A stretch of 51,568 bases of DNA from Choristocarpus tenellus KU-1152 (taxonomy: Eukaryota > Protista > Phaeophyceae), in assembly GCA_964200185.2 (NCBI GenBank), contig CAXNAD020000009.1:1-51568 (forward strand), given 5' to 3'. A program made the position numbers and the translations under genes. The notes under the pieces are model-generated. The model worked only from the letters and a program-made list of their open reading frames with translations. It searched no databases and was not told where the DNA came from. Below are positions 39,242 through 51,373 of the stretch, in pieces; the first letter of the stretch is position 1, and every line of letters starts with the position of its first letter.

Positions 39242-39972
39242 CTGTACTTCCAGTTGTTTCAGACAAGAGAGTATCACATATTGAAAAAAATGAAGTTAGC
39301 AAATGACACCGCCATAGACCTTTGATGTTGGAATACCTTCACAAATGCAACAAATTCATTTGGTTGTCTAGAAAAAAATGCTCTTCTTTCTAGCTTACTT
39401 TACCACGAAACTGCTACGGAAAACAGAATAGTCACATGTCACAACATCTGTACATGTTTTTTGATTGCACATGTCAAATACAGCTTTGAACAAATACAAC
39501 ACTGGAACAACAGGGTACCTGGAACAGTCCTGCTAAAGATACACTGGATAAAGTAGAACCTGTTCCTTTCCACAACATATGGGATTGCAAGGGCTCCATC
39601 CCAGTAAAAATTGCTAGACAGGAGAATTCTTCTGGTTTCTGACATCAGATCTAATCAGCAAGAAATACAGCACTTTGCCAGTGATGGGCACCAACTCTCC
39701 CAAAGAAGATATCAAGTGCTAAATGGAGATAGGAAGGTGATAAGAAGGTGTACAATATCTTGTTCCATCTTTCCTGACATGGATCATGCTCCGGAGAACC
39801 AACAGTTGAAAACATGCTGTAACATGGTTGCACCCAAAGAAGAGAGGACTTTACACCCAACAACAAGGCCTGGAAGGACAGCCCCACACAGCAACATGAG
39901 GGTTACATACATGGTATCATTTAGTGCCTGCCATGAGCAGAATGAACAAAATATCTGTGCTGCTTCGCTTTG

Positions 39973-40009
39973 CATGCCATACATGCCATACATGCCATAC
40001 ATGCCATAC
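39973..40009. repeat. 9-bp tandem repeat CATGCCATA x4
   Basis: Directly visible. Confidence 0.95.
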
Positions 40010-40642
40010 TTCAGATTTCTTCATGACTATCCAGACAGTAAATGCTGTATTTCTCAAGTCCTGCATCACTCTCAACAGCACCAGCATAACCTGCACAAGT
40101 GTCTTAATCTCAAGACACTTGTAATAGCTCCGTACCATGTGCTACCTTTTGAATTTCCACTCACACCACCAGATGACCTTTACTGTCAGCTCTCACCTCA
40201 CATTTTTTTTTTTCAAATTTAAGCAAGAATTACAATAGTTATAATTACAATAGATATAATTACAATAGTTATGGCCATGTTCCTGCTAAATTGTTCCTTC
40301 TGTGATACTTCAAAGTAGTAACATTACAGTAGATAAAAAAAAATGTTGAAAACCAGCCTGCCTGTTTCTTCGAATTGAACCAGTCCATCAGCTCATGAGC
40401 TGAATAACGATATCGCATGCTTACAATTTTTGGACAGAATAGGCTTTATCTCAATTTAGATCTGAATGCTGCCTGAGCGATTTTAACTTCATTGTTTGTC
40501 ACCACAGTATCAGCTGACCTATTTGCTCTCCCCAAGCATGCAGTGCAAGCGCAAGTGATGCAATATTTCCATCTAAATCGACCTCCACCATTCTTGAGGC
40601 TATAGTGATCATCTCCCAGGAGAAGCGATGACCCGTGATAGA

Positions 40643-40902
40643 GAGTGAAAGTATCATAGAGGATACAAGTTTTGCCCTCTTTGTCCGTTTGGGGCTTGGC
40701 TTCCCACAGGTTTTTTCTATGACATTTCCCTACTCCAAAACATTCCAGAGTTGATCAAATGTATACATTGTGAAAAGGTGTGTCCGGAACAAGGATATTG
40801 ACACTTCCTAACAAAAATGATTGCCAAAATTACATCAAAATTGCATCATTGGATTTTGGACCCCAAACGGACGCGGCTCTACCCTCTAAGATACTTTGAC
40901 TC
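40643..40902. mobile_element. 260-bp MITE, copy 2
   Basis: TIRs GAGTGAAAGTATCATAGAGGATA / TACCCTCTAAGATACTTTGACTC; internal inverted repeat GTCCGTTTGGGG / CCCCAAACGGAC. Confidence 0.85.
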
Positions 40903-41804
40903 AGATGTCGTAGACCATGATGTAATGAGCTTAATCTGCCCTATGATAAAATACTACTGTGTTGAGCTACATCAGGCAAGAGACCTTGACATCTACTGAT
41001 ACACTCTGCAACACCTTGCAACAACATTGATTGTCACTATGTTCGTTGTTACTCCAACACTCCCTTAACTTCCAACAAATTTACTCTTTCCCCGGTCAAT
41101 CTGCTTCAGCACATGTCATCCTCTCAAATGAACACGATATGTTTAACAAGTTCAAATGACCGACCCCCCTAACACAACCCACCCAACCTCCCTCCTGACT
41201 AGCTCCCACCTCCATCAGCCATTTTACAACTGTGCTTGTATATATTCTTCACACTTCAATACCATAAAAGTGGTCGTTCCTTGCCAGCTGTCAAACCCAG
41301 TACACATCAATCAATAATATGAACTCTTCTATCAAGATATGTTCTGAGTCAGCAATGCAGGAACCATACACCAAGATAGAGGGCAAAGGGAATTGTATGG
41401 AAATCAATATGCATATCAATATTTTAGTATTTTGATGTTGCAATTAACCAGTAGGGTATTCTGCAACCTGTTACAATAGTAGGTTGCAAACACTACCTAC
41501 AAAAGGGCTGGTTCTAGGCATAGGTCCTCTACTGGGTACGAGCTCTCATAAAATACGGACTATAAAAAGGTGAGACATTTCAAAAGTGACGAATATTTAC
41601 CGAAAATATGCAAAGCAGGACTCAACCATGCTTTTCGAAATCAGGGATGGCAACACAACATATTGCATACTATGCGAAGGAACTGCATCAACAAAGCAAA
41701 AAACACTAGCAAGAGGACCATGGGCAAGTGTCATGATGAGGTGCAACTGTTGAGTTTGTGACTGGGAAGGCAATATACTGAGGGCATTTGCACACCTAAC
41801 TTAC

Positions 41805-41935
41805 CTCCACCACCCAGGAGTAGGTCACTTAGTGAGTGAGCAAATTGTGAGAGCAGGTGGGGGCAACACCGTGCTAGCTGATTAAGTAGACCCAAGGCTC
41901 CAACAGAGCTCCTAACGCACTGCTCATCAAAACGC
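41805..41935 (-). CDS. FANCD2: FANCD2-like exon (RFDEQ...ALGLLNQLARCCPHLLSQFAHSLSDLLL)
   Basis: aag acceptor after a pyrimidine tract, gtaag donor, phase 2/1; an alternative acceptor lies at 41996. Confidence 0.75.
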
Positions 41936-42239
41936 CTTGTGCACAAACAGCGAGGCACATAGGCGAGAAGAAGTTGTTTTGGTAGCATTTGAAGTGCTGG
42001 TGGGGCAAAAGAAGTTTTTTTAGAAGTATATACACATGGTTGTAAACACCAGAATTACATAATACAAATCACCATGCCTAGATATAACTGAAGGTATAAC
42101 TTTGAGGATAAGAAACAAATAAATGGTAACATCTTAGAGGCGTTCTTGCATCCTTGTACATCTCTCGCCCTGGGTTCAACTGCCCTCTCGGCTGTTGACA
42201 AATTGGCCTCACAACCAGTCACACCACATGCTCCCATAG

Positions 42240-42500
42240 ATCAGGCCATCAAATACCATGAAGCTGTCTACCAGCAGATAGATTTTCTAGTTAGTCATAG
42301 CAAGTTCAAGGAGCTGGTGTGGACACCAGAAAACATTGTAAACTTAGGGTTTGAGTACAGAATTATATCAACGTGGGTGAATACTGTTCTGAACAGGGGT
42401 ACCGAAAAAGTAGAGCAAACTGTGGCATTGACCCATTATGAAGGGAATTAACAGGATATTTGGGAATATTCCTAAGATTCTGGGGTATGCTAAAGTTGCT
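42240..42500 (+). mobile_element. Possible DIRS-type reverse transcriptase N-terminal fragment
   Basis: EAVYQQIDFLVSHSKFKE...IISTW...TEKV resembles the RT fingers region; no YxDD. Confidence 0.28.
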
Positions 42501-43243
42501 AGGGGCAAAATATCACCAGAGCTCAATTTGTTTTTGGGAATCTCATTACCCTAATCAATGAGCTCTGTTAGGCCCAGGCCAAATCTTAACCGGTAAAATA
42601 TCATATCTGACATGCAAAAAAGCAATATTTGGGGGGAGGGGAGTGAGGAGAAGAAGTTTCACTCATAGGCCGATGAGTTGATACTGCTGTCTTCTCAAGC
42701 CCTGAAGTCGAAAATAAAATGACTCAACCACTTAAAGTTGTCCATCCCAACAAACAAGACAGCAGCATTGGCTTATCAACCAATAACTACATATATTCCA
42801 AGAAAATAAAAGCTGTCACTATCTCACATATATGATCTCGAATTTCTCCTCACATGAAGACTAAGTCTCAAATAAGGAAGAAACCAAAGAAATCGAGATA
42901 GAATTTGTGTAGTGTAATGTACTCCAGATTGGTATATTATTTAGTAGTATATTATTTGGGAAGCAATCCACAATTGATGATAGTTACCTCGGATTCGAAG
43001 TATCAAGATAAGCATAGTAATATTTTCTGGTAAATAGGATTTGTCTAGTCCAAGTAGTACAAGATGTTATTTGGGGAGGAAATCCACGATTGGTGGTAGT
43101 TAATTCAGATTAGAAGTCTCAGGACAACCATGGTGATCACGTTTTCTATGACTCAGTGAGAGCAATAATACCACAGGAGAGGAAGCCGCTAGATAGAAGG
43201 CTCAAAATACAGACTCAAAAGTGTAATGAAATAATACATTGCG

Positions 43244-43301
43244 TTAGTAGTACTAGTAGTAGTAGTACTAGTAGTAGTAGTACTAGTAGTAGTAGTAGTA
43301 G
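43244..43301. repeat. (TAG)n with TAC interruptions
   Basis: Directly visible. Confidence 0.9.
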
Positions 43302-44108
43302 TTCTGCTCTGTGATCATCTCCCCAAGGCCTTCAACCCCAGGCCCTTCAGGTGTGTACTTGGCAAAGTTATACCAAGTCATTTGGCAATATAAAATATCT
43401 ATTTGACTATAATGTGAAATGCAATCATTCAAAAAGTCGCAAACATATTTTCCTGGTATGCCCATTCCTCTTCCACAACTAACTGATGTTTTCAAACACA
43501 CACAAGTTGGGGTTGAGATAAAATGAAAGCAATGAAAAATATATATTTCCATTTCAAAGGCAATGTGGCACCAAGTAAATGGCATTATTGTTATCAATGT
43601 TAAATCAACATTTAGTATACATATTCTATGCCACATCTAATTGTGGCTCTGCCTGACTCAAGACATACAGGTCAGATACAGAGATTGACATATGCCCTAA
43701 TAAGTAGTTTAAAGACACCTGAATATTTTTCACACTTGACAAAATGATTGACAAACGACAACTACACTCACAGCACCTTTACCAGCCACAACTGGACCAA
43801 TCACTACCATAACACAATAATCCACTTAGAATGACTACCATATACTCTGGACATTCTGATTTCACTGAAAATGTGAACACCAATTAACACACCGTGTGGT
43901 GCCAACCTGTTGATATTCCCACAAGTCCATGCTCTAGTATATTTGCCATCATCAAACCAAATGCTACCTCGCCCAAGTGTCAACGCTGCAATGCCACAAA
44001 ACACTGTTGAATATTAGAGAGTGAACAACCATAACCAAGCTCTAAATCTATCACCAAGAATACTCTAGAGCACATACAACATGCATGGACAAAGGTTCCT
44101 CTCCACAC

Positions 44109-44293
44109 CTTCCTCCCAAGCCTGATGAACTCACACCACTTGCGGAATGTTGGATATGCCAGCGATTGGCACCAACCACTGCAAGGCAGGAAGACACCAA
44201 TTTCCCTCTTGATGGCGGGTGCTCACAGAACATGGCAGTTAGAAAGGAGTACCCTGCCTGCCTAAGCCGCCCATGTTTCCATTTGACCAAATC
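44109..44293 (-). CDS. FANCD2: FANCD2-like exon (DLVKWKHGRLRQAGYSFLTAMFCEHPPSRGKLVSSCL...)
   Basis: cacag acceptor, gtgt donor, phase 0/2. Confidence 0.7.
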
Positions 44294-44994
44294 CTGTGGT
44301 GAGAATGCAGTGATTTTGGAGGAGGGATACACTTGCATTCCCTCACCACCTAATCGCCTTCCTTTTCTTAAAGGGCCCTGTGTTTAGTAGCATTATATAA
44401 TGGAATATTTAATGCCGGGTGTTTGTTCCCAATCGGGTGGAAGTGGGAAGATCAGTCTGGCCACAAGAAGTGTACCTCAATGTAGTGAGGTTGGCGGTAG
44501 ACTGTTGTAGGGTTGGATGTGGGGACTGGTTGGAAATATAGCATGGAGGGCTGACCATAATGTGATGTATAGATAGGGTTATTATATACATATCCTTAAA
44601 TACTACCCAGAGACAAAATATAAAGCACAAAATGAAAAGTGAAGAAATAACCCCAGTTGAAAATGGAGTCATGCGCTAGGTTTTATCCTTCTACTCCAGG
44701 AAATTAATAATATTTTATCTGTGTTCTACGCACTCTCCACCACATTCCACTGAGTATGCAACTTCATACTAGACAGACCTGCTTCCAACATTTTTCTCAC
44801 AGAGCCAGTCAAAAAGTACGGTGCATGATGTGAGTTGTTCTGTTGCTACACCTCTTTCTCATCTTCGAGAAACTGATAAACAAATCACAGTCATTGACTT
44901 TTTTTCAACCACGTACTGCACAAGTGCACAATTGTGGTTTGCAGAGGATGGCATCTACTATCGGAATGTTAGGGAAGTCCAACATTAGCATCAC

Positions 44995-45123
44995 CTTCAG
45001 TCTCCGTCAGAGGTTCACACTTTTACGCAGGGGTCACACCTCCCCAAACTTTGGGACACCAGCCTTCCCCTCCAATGGAGGAGACGCTCGTGATTGGAAA
45101 AGAAGTAGAATCTCCCCGTCGTT
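44995..45123 (-). pseudogene. Candidate optional exon with two in-frame TGA (45034-45036, 45007-45009)
   Basis: 129 nt, ctcag acceptor, gtga donor, phase 0/0; fits between its neighbours but is not required for frame. Confidence 0.45.
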
Positions 45124-45479
45124 CTGAGAATCCTCTATGAAGGATGCCTACAACCATGACTTAGAAATCTAATCATAGCCATCATATCAAGAGCTCTAGA
45201 TAACTTCCACAACAGTAATCCTGTAGTACCTACCTATGGAATACACTGCACACAAGTGATTCTTCCCAGCAACAGGCAAATTTACACAATTTTGCAATAT
45301 TGTGTAGCTTTTACTTGAAAAAGCTACTCTAGTGCACAAATGTTACAAGCACTTGAAATTGAAAGCAATCTTAGAACAGCACAACCACAATTCTAACACA
45401 AGACAAACAGGGGTCAAGAGCTAAAAACAAATCACATAAAAACAACTTAGATTAGACCATAGTAATCAGCAACAAAACT

Positions 45480-45890
45480 ACTGAGTATTACCAAGGTTGG
45501 AACCATCCTTTTCAACCTTTTTAACATGCTCATCCTCAGCTCAAAGTATCCAAAGACAAATTCAACTTAATTTCCCACACACCACATGCTTTATGGCGCA
45601 CCTTGCCAGAATTACTATGGACTAAGTCATGATGTTTAAGACCATTGCCTACGCAACAAGCCTTTGTCAGCAATAGTCCTTGTGCTTATAATTACTGTGA
45701 GATTAAACTGAATACTCTCCTGGAGTATTCAACACCCAAGTTTTCAATGTAGATCACTGCAATATTATATGGAGTGAGTATCCATTGCCTTTGTAGGTAT
45801 TCACTCAAACAACACACAAAAACATCATGCCAAAAGGCAATATAGGGCATTGCCTGTGTCAAAGCAAGAAACCACGACAAATTCACAAAT
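45480..45890 (-). mobile_element. Possible tyrosine-recombinase fragment (DIRS/Crypton-like)
   Basis: YIAF..VFVCCLSEYL..DTHSI resembles the box I AF..LRxSE motif after CpG restoration; weak. Confidence 0.25.
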
Positions 45891-45976
45891 TCTTCACTTC
45901 AGAATGCTAAAAAGATAACATCAACAAAGCACCAAGATCTGTTTAGTTGTTTTGCTTTTTAAATTTTACAACTCAC

Positions 45977-46167
45977 AGGATTCATGATCGCCCACAGGCC
46001 CAGCTCCAGGATGGAATCTACAAGACATGACCATTGGGGATCTCCTGTCCTGGACGCAATTTGCCTCAAGACATGTTTCGGCATGAGCTCTGGTCGTTGG
46101 GCAAGGAAGGACAGCACGCTGTGGATGGCTGTTGTGTGGTAAGGGTGCTGCAGGAGGAGGAGGAACC
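45977..46167 (-). CDS. FANCD2: FANCD2-like exon (FLLLLQHP...SILELGLWAIMNP)
   Basis: cag acceptor, gtgagt donor, phase 1/0; SILELG resembles SILSLA. Confidence 0.8.
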
Positions 46168-47509
46168 CTGCCAGCATGCATCAAGTTGGGGGAAGGAGGA
46201 ATGCTGAGATAGAGGGGGTAGGAGATATGGGAATGGGAATGCATCTACTTGGGGCGATATTGCACATAGCCCATTCACTATTCTAGAAACAAACCAGGGC
46301 ATTTTATCGGGCCAGTCAGTGGACTTGACTTCAGAAATACCTCGCAGGCTTAGTCTGCCTTGCAGGAACAGAAATAGTTGCCGACCTCATCAGAAATATT
46401 TTACACAGAACCAACCCAAACACATTCTACACAAGGCCAACAAGGAAAAAAATAACATACAAGTAGTATGCTACCGTTAGTAGAGCACCATTAATACATA
46501 TTGATAAGTCATGAATCCCGCCATAAGTAAATTGGAGCACAGATGGTGCAAATTTTCCTCAATACATGTAGGTCTGAACATCATTTTGTAAGTATCTCAA
46601 CCCAATCCATTTTTGCCAATAATGAAATATAAATATTTTGGGGCTCTGACAAGGCTGAATTGACCAGGTCGTGGGCTGACCCATTGATCAAGAATTATCT
46701 GACGACCTCGGACCACATCTTTCAGAAATATTGGAACCAGATTGGCTTGCAGACTGAACCGTGGAAAAAGTTGGCAGCTCTAACCCTAACTCTAACCTAA
46801 CTCTATGATGTATATACAAACCGCATCATATGCTCTATGGATCTGACACAAAAAATTGAGTCCACACCTTCTCCCAACCACACACCACTGCTTTCCAATT
46901 GAGGCCACTTGTGTGCTAATGCATAGGTTTTCTATCACACTGGAAGGTACCACAACAGCATTATACATAGAAAAAAACATGGAGGTGGGCATACATACGC
47001 ATGGTATAATTGCATGCAGACATCTGAAAAAAAGGTGGGGGGTGCTGATGTGAGAAGAAAAAGGGGGCTATAACTGAGATAACCACAAAACACAAAGCGC
47101 AGGTATGAGGGATAATGAAGCCATGACGGTCATTCGGAGGGATAGTGAATATGCAATGATGGGGACAATGCAAGGGTGATGGGTGATTAGAGGCGGGCAC
47201 AAAATATGCTTACTAAGATGTAAAATGGTGTACAATGCCGACATAACTTGCAGCAAATGCAGGAGAGGCAGGGCAGGCCACGTGTAACAGGTTTAAGTTG
47301 TACTTCAGAGAGGTTAAATCAGTGTGTAATATGTGGGAGTGTATAATAAAATCAAGGAATGTTGTTGGTCTAAAGGTGAACATAAAGACCCACTTACTCT
47401 CCACGGAGTCTTTGCATCTTTTCTCCCAATCGTTGCATCTACATAATTTCTCATTTGACCAATCATGATGTCTCCATCCAATCTCCCTATTGCTTCATTT
47501 GTTGCTCAC

Positions 47510-47762
47510 CAATCACATCAAGCTCAGTTAGCACACCTTCCTCATCTCCCACCTCCAACCTGTGCCCAAGGTCCCCTTCCCCTTTTCCATTTCCCTCTGT
47601 CTCACTACCATTGACATCATCCTTCCAATCACAGTCAGTTGCCACAGTCTCTTTGCCATCAAGGCTAACATGGGCACAGTTCAAAGAGCCTCCTCCTTCT
47701 GCCCTTGCCCCATTAGAGGCAATGGAGGAGGATACACAACTCAGGAAGGCATGTGTGATAGC
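47510..47762 (-). CDS. FANCD2: FANCD2-like exon (AITHAFLSCV...LTELDVI)
   Basis: tag acceptor, gtgag donor, phase 0/1. Confidence 0.75.
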
Positions 47763-48083
47763 CTATCCATACACCAACACAGTACATCAAAAAAAAATCC
47801 CAGAGGAAGGTGGAGGGTGGGGTTCAGAGTTTGGCATCAAAAGTAGCATATGTGGGGTGATATACAGGGAGGGGTGCAGAGGGGAGAGAGGGAAAGATGA
47901 GGGAGTTACGCCTTGGGTGGAATAGTTGGGCCAGTGCAGGTGAGGAAGTGGACAATAGCAGGAGGCGAACAGGGATGAGTGACAGGGGAAAAGCGAGGTA
48001 AGGATAGCCTTGAATCTATCAGGCGAGAGACATGGTCCAACAGGGATGGAAACTTAAAAGCTAAGTCTAGGTACGGTGCAAGA

Positions 48084-48232
48084 ACGATCAACAAACACAC
48101 AACCAACAAACACACAACCAACAAACACACAACCAACAAACACACAACCAACAAACACACGATCAACAAACACACAACCAACAAACACACAACCAACAAA
48201 CACACAACCAACAAACACACAACCAACACAAC
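48084..48232. repeat. 15-bp tandem repeat AACAAACACACAACC, ~10 copies
   Basis: Directly visible; the variant ACGATC unit recurs after 5 units. Confidence 0.95.
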
Positions 48233-48320
48233 CCCTAGTTTCTACGAGCTCCCTGCTGCTGTCCACAGGTGGGCATTTGGATGCAAACCTATTTTGAACC
48301 CTGTAACCTCCTTCTCTAAC

Positions 48321-48416
48321 CTCATTGACGGGGAAAGTGTTCACAAGGACATCAACCAGCACAGCCAGGGTAGTATAGGAACACCCAGCACACTCTTCCC
48401 TCACACGATTCACAAC
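48321..48416 (-). CDS. FANCD2: FANCD2-like exon (VVNRVREECAG...FPVNE)
   Basis: 96 nt, ctcag acceptor, gttag donor, phase 0/0; continues the EVISELRE-like helix. Confidence 0.75.
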
Positions 48417-49766
48417 CTGAGAAATATGTTCCAAGGTCAATCAGTTTAGGGCATAATAGGTTCCCAGTTAGTTAAACAGTCAAGAACTGCACATCAGAGC
48501 AAATATTGCTGCACATTTAGTATTAACATAAGAAGGACATGAGAGGGAAAAATAAGGTTGGGGGAATACAATTATTATTAATAAAGCAAATACTTAGTGT
48601 CGTCTGGGACGTGAGCAGCAAGATCATGGTCAAAACGTGTTCTGGCTTTCCATGCAGAGTTTTCTCAAAGGAAACATTGCCCTATTTTGCAACAACGGAG
48701 GTTGTGTTGGGCACTCATTTATCAGAATCGTAGGATGTGAAATACACAAGGAGCAGTCAGAAACCCGTCAAAAGTTAAGAATCAGATGACAGATACCCAA
48801 ATTGCCAATAAAATCACGAATGCAACTTACTGTCAAAAGAGCTTTCTCATGCAGTAGATGGCATGGTCCAAAACCAATGTACCTTGCCACAGAGGATAAA
48901 ATATACGAAAAAATAAAATAAAATAAAATCCCCAACTAATAAAGGAAATTGATTCGTGGAGCAAACCATGCGTTCATAAGAGCATGTCAACATTGTTCAT
49001 TTCATTGTTTATGATGTATTGCTGAAAAAAAAAAGTGATAATGACAATCTATGAACCATATCATAAGGTAGTCTGGAGAGGAACAGGGAAAATTACTGCC
49101 GTATTATACATTGAATTTGTGTCAATTTCTGCCCATTGAAAAGTTCATGAAGCAGAAATGCATCACAACAGGATGGGAATGAGGATGCATATTATCAGTC
49201 ACTTCCACCACAGAATCAGGCAGGGAAAGTGATCGGATTAAAGTGCACAATTGGAACAGAGTGTTGCAATTTGTTGATCAGTACTAGAAGACAAGATACA
49301 CATACAAGTTCAACCGGAAAATTAAAATAGTTTACTCTCATAACATCACTTAGATTTTGCCTGTGTCCAAAAAATCTGATGTACTTCCTACAGTACTCCA
49401 AATAGGGACATATTGGAATGCAACTGTCTCACAAAGTTCAATAAATGGCATAGGAAAAGTGCATCCCGCTCACAGCTAAGAACTGGGACCTGCAGAAGAT
49501 TGAGGTATTTTTTGCACTAGGAATCGATTTCTTCTCCAATGCCATCCTGCCCAAGTGTTTAAGAATTCCAGGTGCATCCTTCATTAAGTACAACACAAGG
49601 CCAGTTGTCGCAACACAACATACTCAACTTCACACAGCATAAATACTGTGCACAAAGGCAGCACAAACACCATGAAGTATATCAAACACTTTGAAACAGA
49701 GCAACCACACCAGAGTACACAATATGAAATGTGCCAAAAAGAGAATAAAGGGAGACCAAGCAGCAC

Positions 49767-49850
49767 CTTCAAGCTATCCACCTCCCTCGTAGTCTTGAAC
49801 AAGGTACGTACCACAACAGGAAGATCTTCCTCATCCACAACAGACAGAGC
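49767..49850 (-). CDS. FANCD2: FANCD2-like exon (ALSVVDEEDLPVVVRTLFKTTREVDSLK)
   Basis: cag acceptor and gt donor, phase 0/0; contains the EDLPV motif. The acceptor could lie ~40 nt further upstream. Confidence 0.75.
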
Positions 49851-50699
49851 CTGGTTTGCAAGGAATCAAAAACATGTCCATCAATTATTCTGTTGAGATG
49901 ATTTGCAGGGTTGTGAATTGTAGGGATTCAGAGAGCTTGGTGCAATGAATCAAGGAGTAATCAACCTGACAAAGCTGATCTGGCTGAAGAGGATAGATGC
50001 CTTGCTGTCAACACAGTATTCACAATCCAGCTTTTTGGAGCTAGAGCACCAAATTTTGATTGCCGCTCACATGTACAAAATAGTGTATCAACATTCTTAC
50101 GAAAATATTGTATTTGACAAAAATATACTTTGAAGTGTATTTTCTTGCCCAATTCGTTGCACAGATATATAGCACTGGGGTGGAAGCTTTCAGGGTTGGT
50201 TCAACTTGTTGGATAAAAAAATGTTGATTTTTTTTTTCTTTGAGTGGTTACTATCAAAAACTGGGATTTAGCCAAGGCAGAAATCCAAATGAGTCACTCA
50301 AGACCAACAAAATCCTGGAATTGAAAACCTTTAACACTCCAAACACCAGTGGAGGAAATATTTTCAATATTCAAAGGTCAACAAGGAGAACAAGCAACAA
50401 GCAGTCGGGGTCAGGCAGTCAGCACTTTGTGGACACTTCCATCAAATCAAAGGAACCGGGGTGGAAATCTTCTCTGCCACTCTGTCTTGGTAAGATGGTC
50501 TAGCATCCCATCTCAGGCACTAGTGTTTTCCTCTGCCCACCCTTCTTAAGGTCACTATTAACATAATACTTGAGCATTGAGCTGGTTGGCTACCACAGCT
50601 CTTCTTTTGATTTCTTATTTGAAGTATGTCCTTGACATTATGCCTGACAGCTGACCCCCCAAAACTCTCAACTGATGCTGCTACACCACAGTGTATACC

Positions 50700-51250
50700 T
50701 CATGTTCTAAATGGCTCTGAAAATCTGTCTTTTCATTCATGCGGGCATGGAACGCAGTCAACAACCCATGTTAGTGGCATCAGTGAAACTCATTCAGGGT
50801 GCATATATCAAGCAAAGCTTGCCAGCTCAGCTCTCCCTTGGTAGCTCCGCTTGGTTGCCACAGGATCAGAGTAGTGTCATGTCTCAGGTCTGTGGTGTGC
50901 CTTTGGTTCCAACGATCTATTCAAAACCACACCCTTATCAGCAAATGTTGCAATGTTGCACTCATGTGCCTAGCTTCATGTTGCTATCTCCAACATGCCG
51001 GCGCAGTTCATTGATCTGTAGATGGATCAGATGGACCCAGCAAGACTCAACCTCCACCACCTGACTGTGCAAGAGAGGAACTCCGATGCTACCGGCAACG
51101 CTGTTGAGACCAAAGCAAAAATCAACTATAAATATACAATATTTCTTCTCAACAAACCAGAGCACATCAAGGTAACAACTTGCTGGACAACATTCAGGTT
51201 AATACATACCCTGCATTCAAGCCTCAACTGAATTTTGCACATTAAAATAC
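50700..51250 (+). mobile_element. Possible DNA transposase relic (DxMDQ-type, Sola-like)
   Basis: MDQMDPARLNLHHL resembles the DGMDQxKxxLP catalytic-Asp motif; competes with a possible minus-strand exon starting at ~51060. Confidence 0.3.
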
Positions 51251-51373
51251 ATTCATGTCAACACTTGATCTCAGACCGTGCACTGAAAAGCAAGCTCAAA
51301 TCTATATAGGGTTGAGGCATCTGCAGGTTTTCTACCGTTTTGGCACAAAAACAAAACTCAAGTACAAATATTT

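Larger units (their letters stand above)
564..49850 (-). pseudogene. FANCD2: Multi-exon FANCD2-like (FANCD2/FANCI family) gene with premature TGA stops; 5' end unresolved (may reach ~50550 or beyond the window)
   Basis: About 27 GT-AG exons with matching phases. Colinear resemblance to human FANCD2 as recalled: LSVVDEEDLPVVVRTLF~LSSIRLEDLPVIIKFIL; LTELDVIGFLLLL~HKVFDLVMLFII; SILELG~SILSLA; ALGLLNQLARCCP~ALDVLLELVVLNP; NHIHKQLF~LVIRKQLS; VSQKINRM~LSQKLESM; ANLAWTMLRRTFP~ASLARQFLCRVWP; LSMDTFDLFL~LTRHTFVVFF; LLEELVGTVAAIRWLC~LLETFQLDTRLLHHLC. In-frame TGA at 31627-31629, 31519-31521 and 19398-19400. Confidence 0.8.

Noticed and set aside
43720-44000. Copia RNase H fragment (HSKWIIV)
   Set aside because: One weak motif, without DN or ADxxTK support.
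47906-48297. ORFs with LLVVC / NKHTT / VFVGC repeats (likewise the ORFs over 7036-7343 and 26275-26603)
   Set aside because: Translation by-products of tandem repeats.
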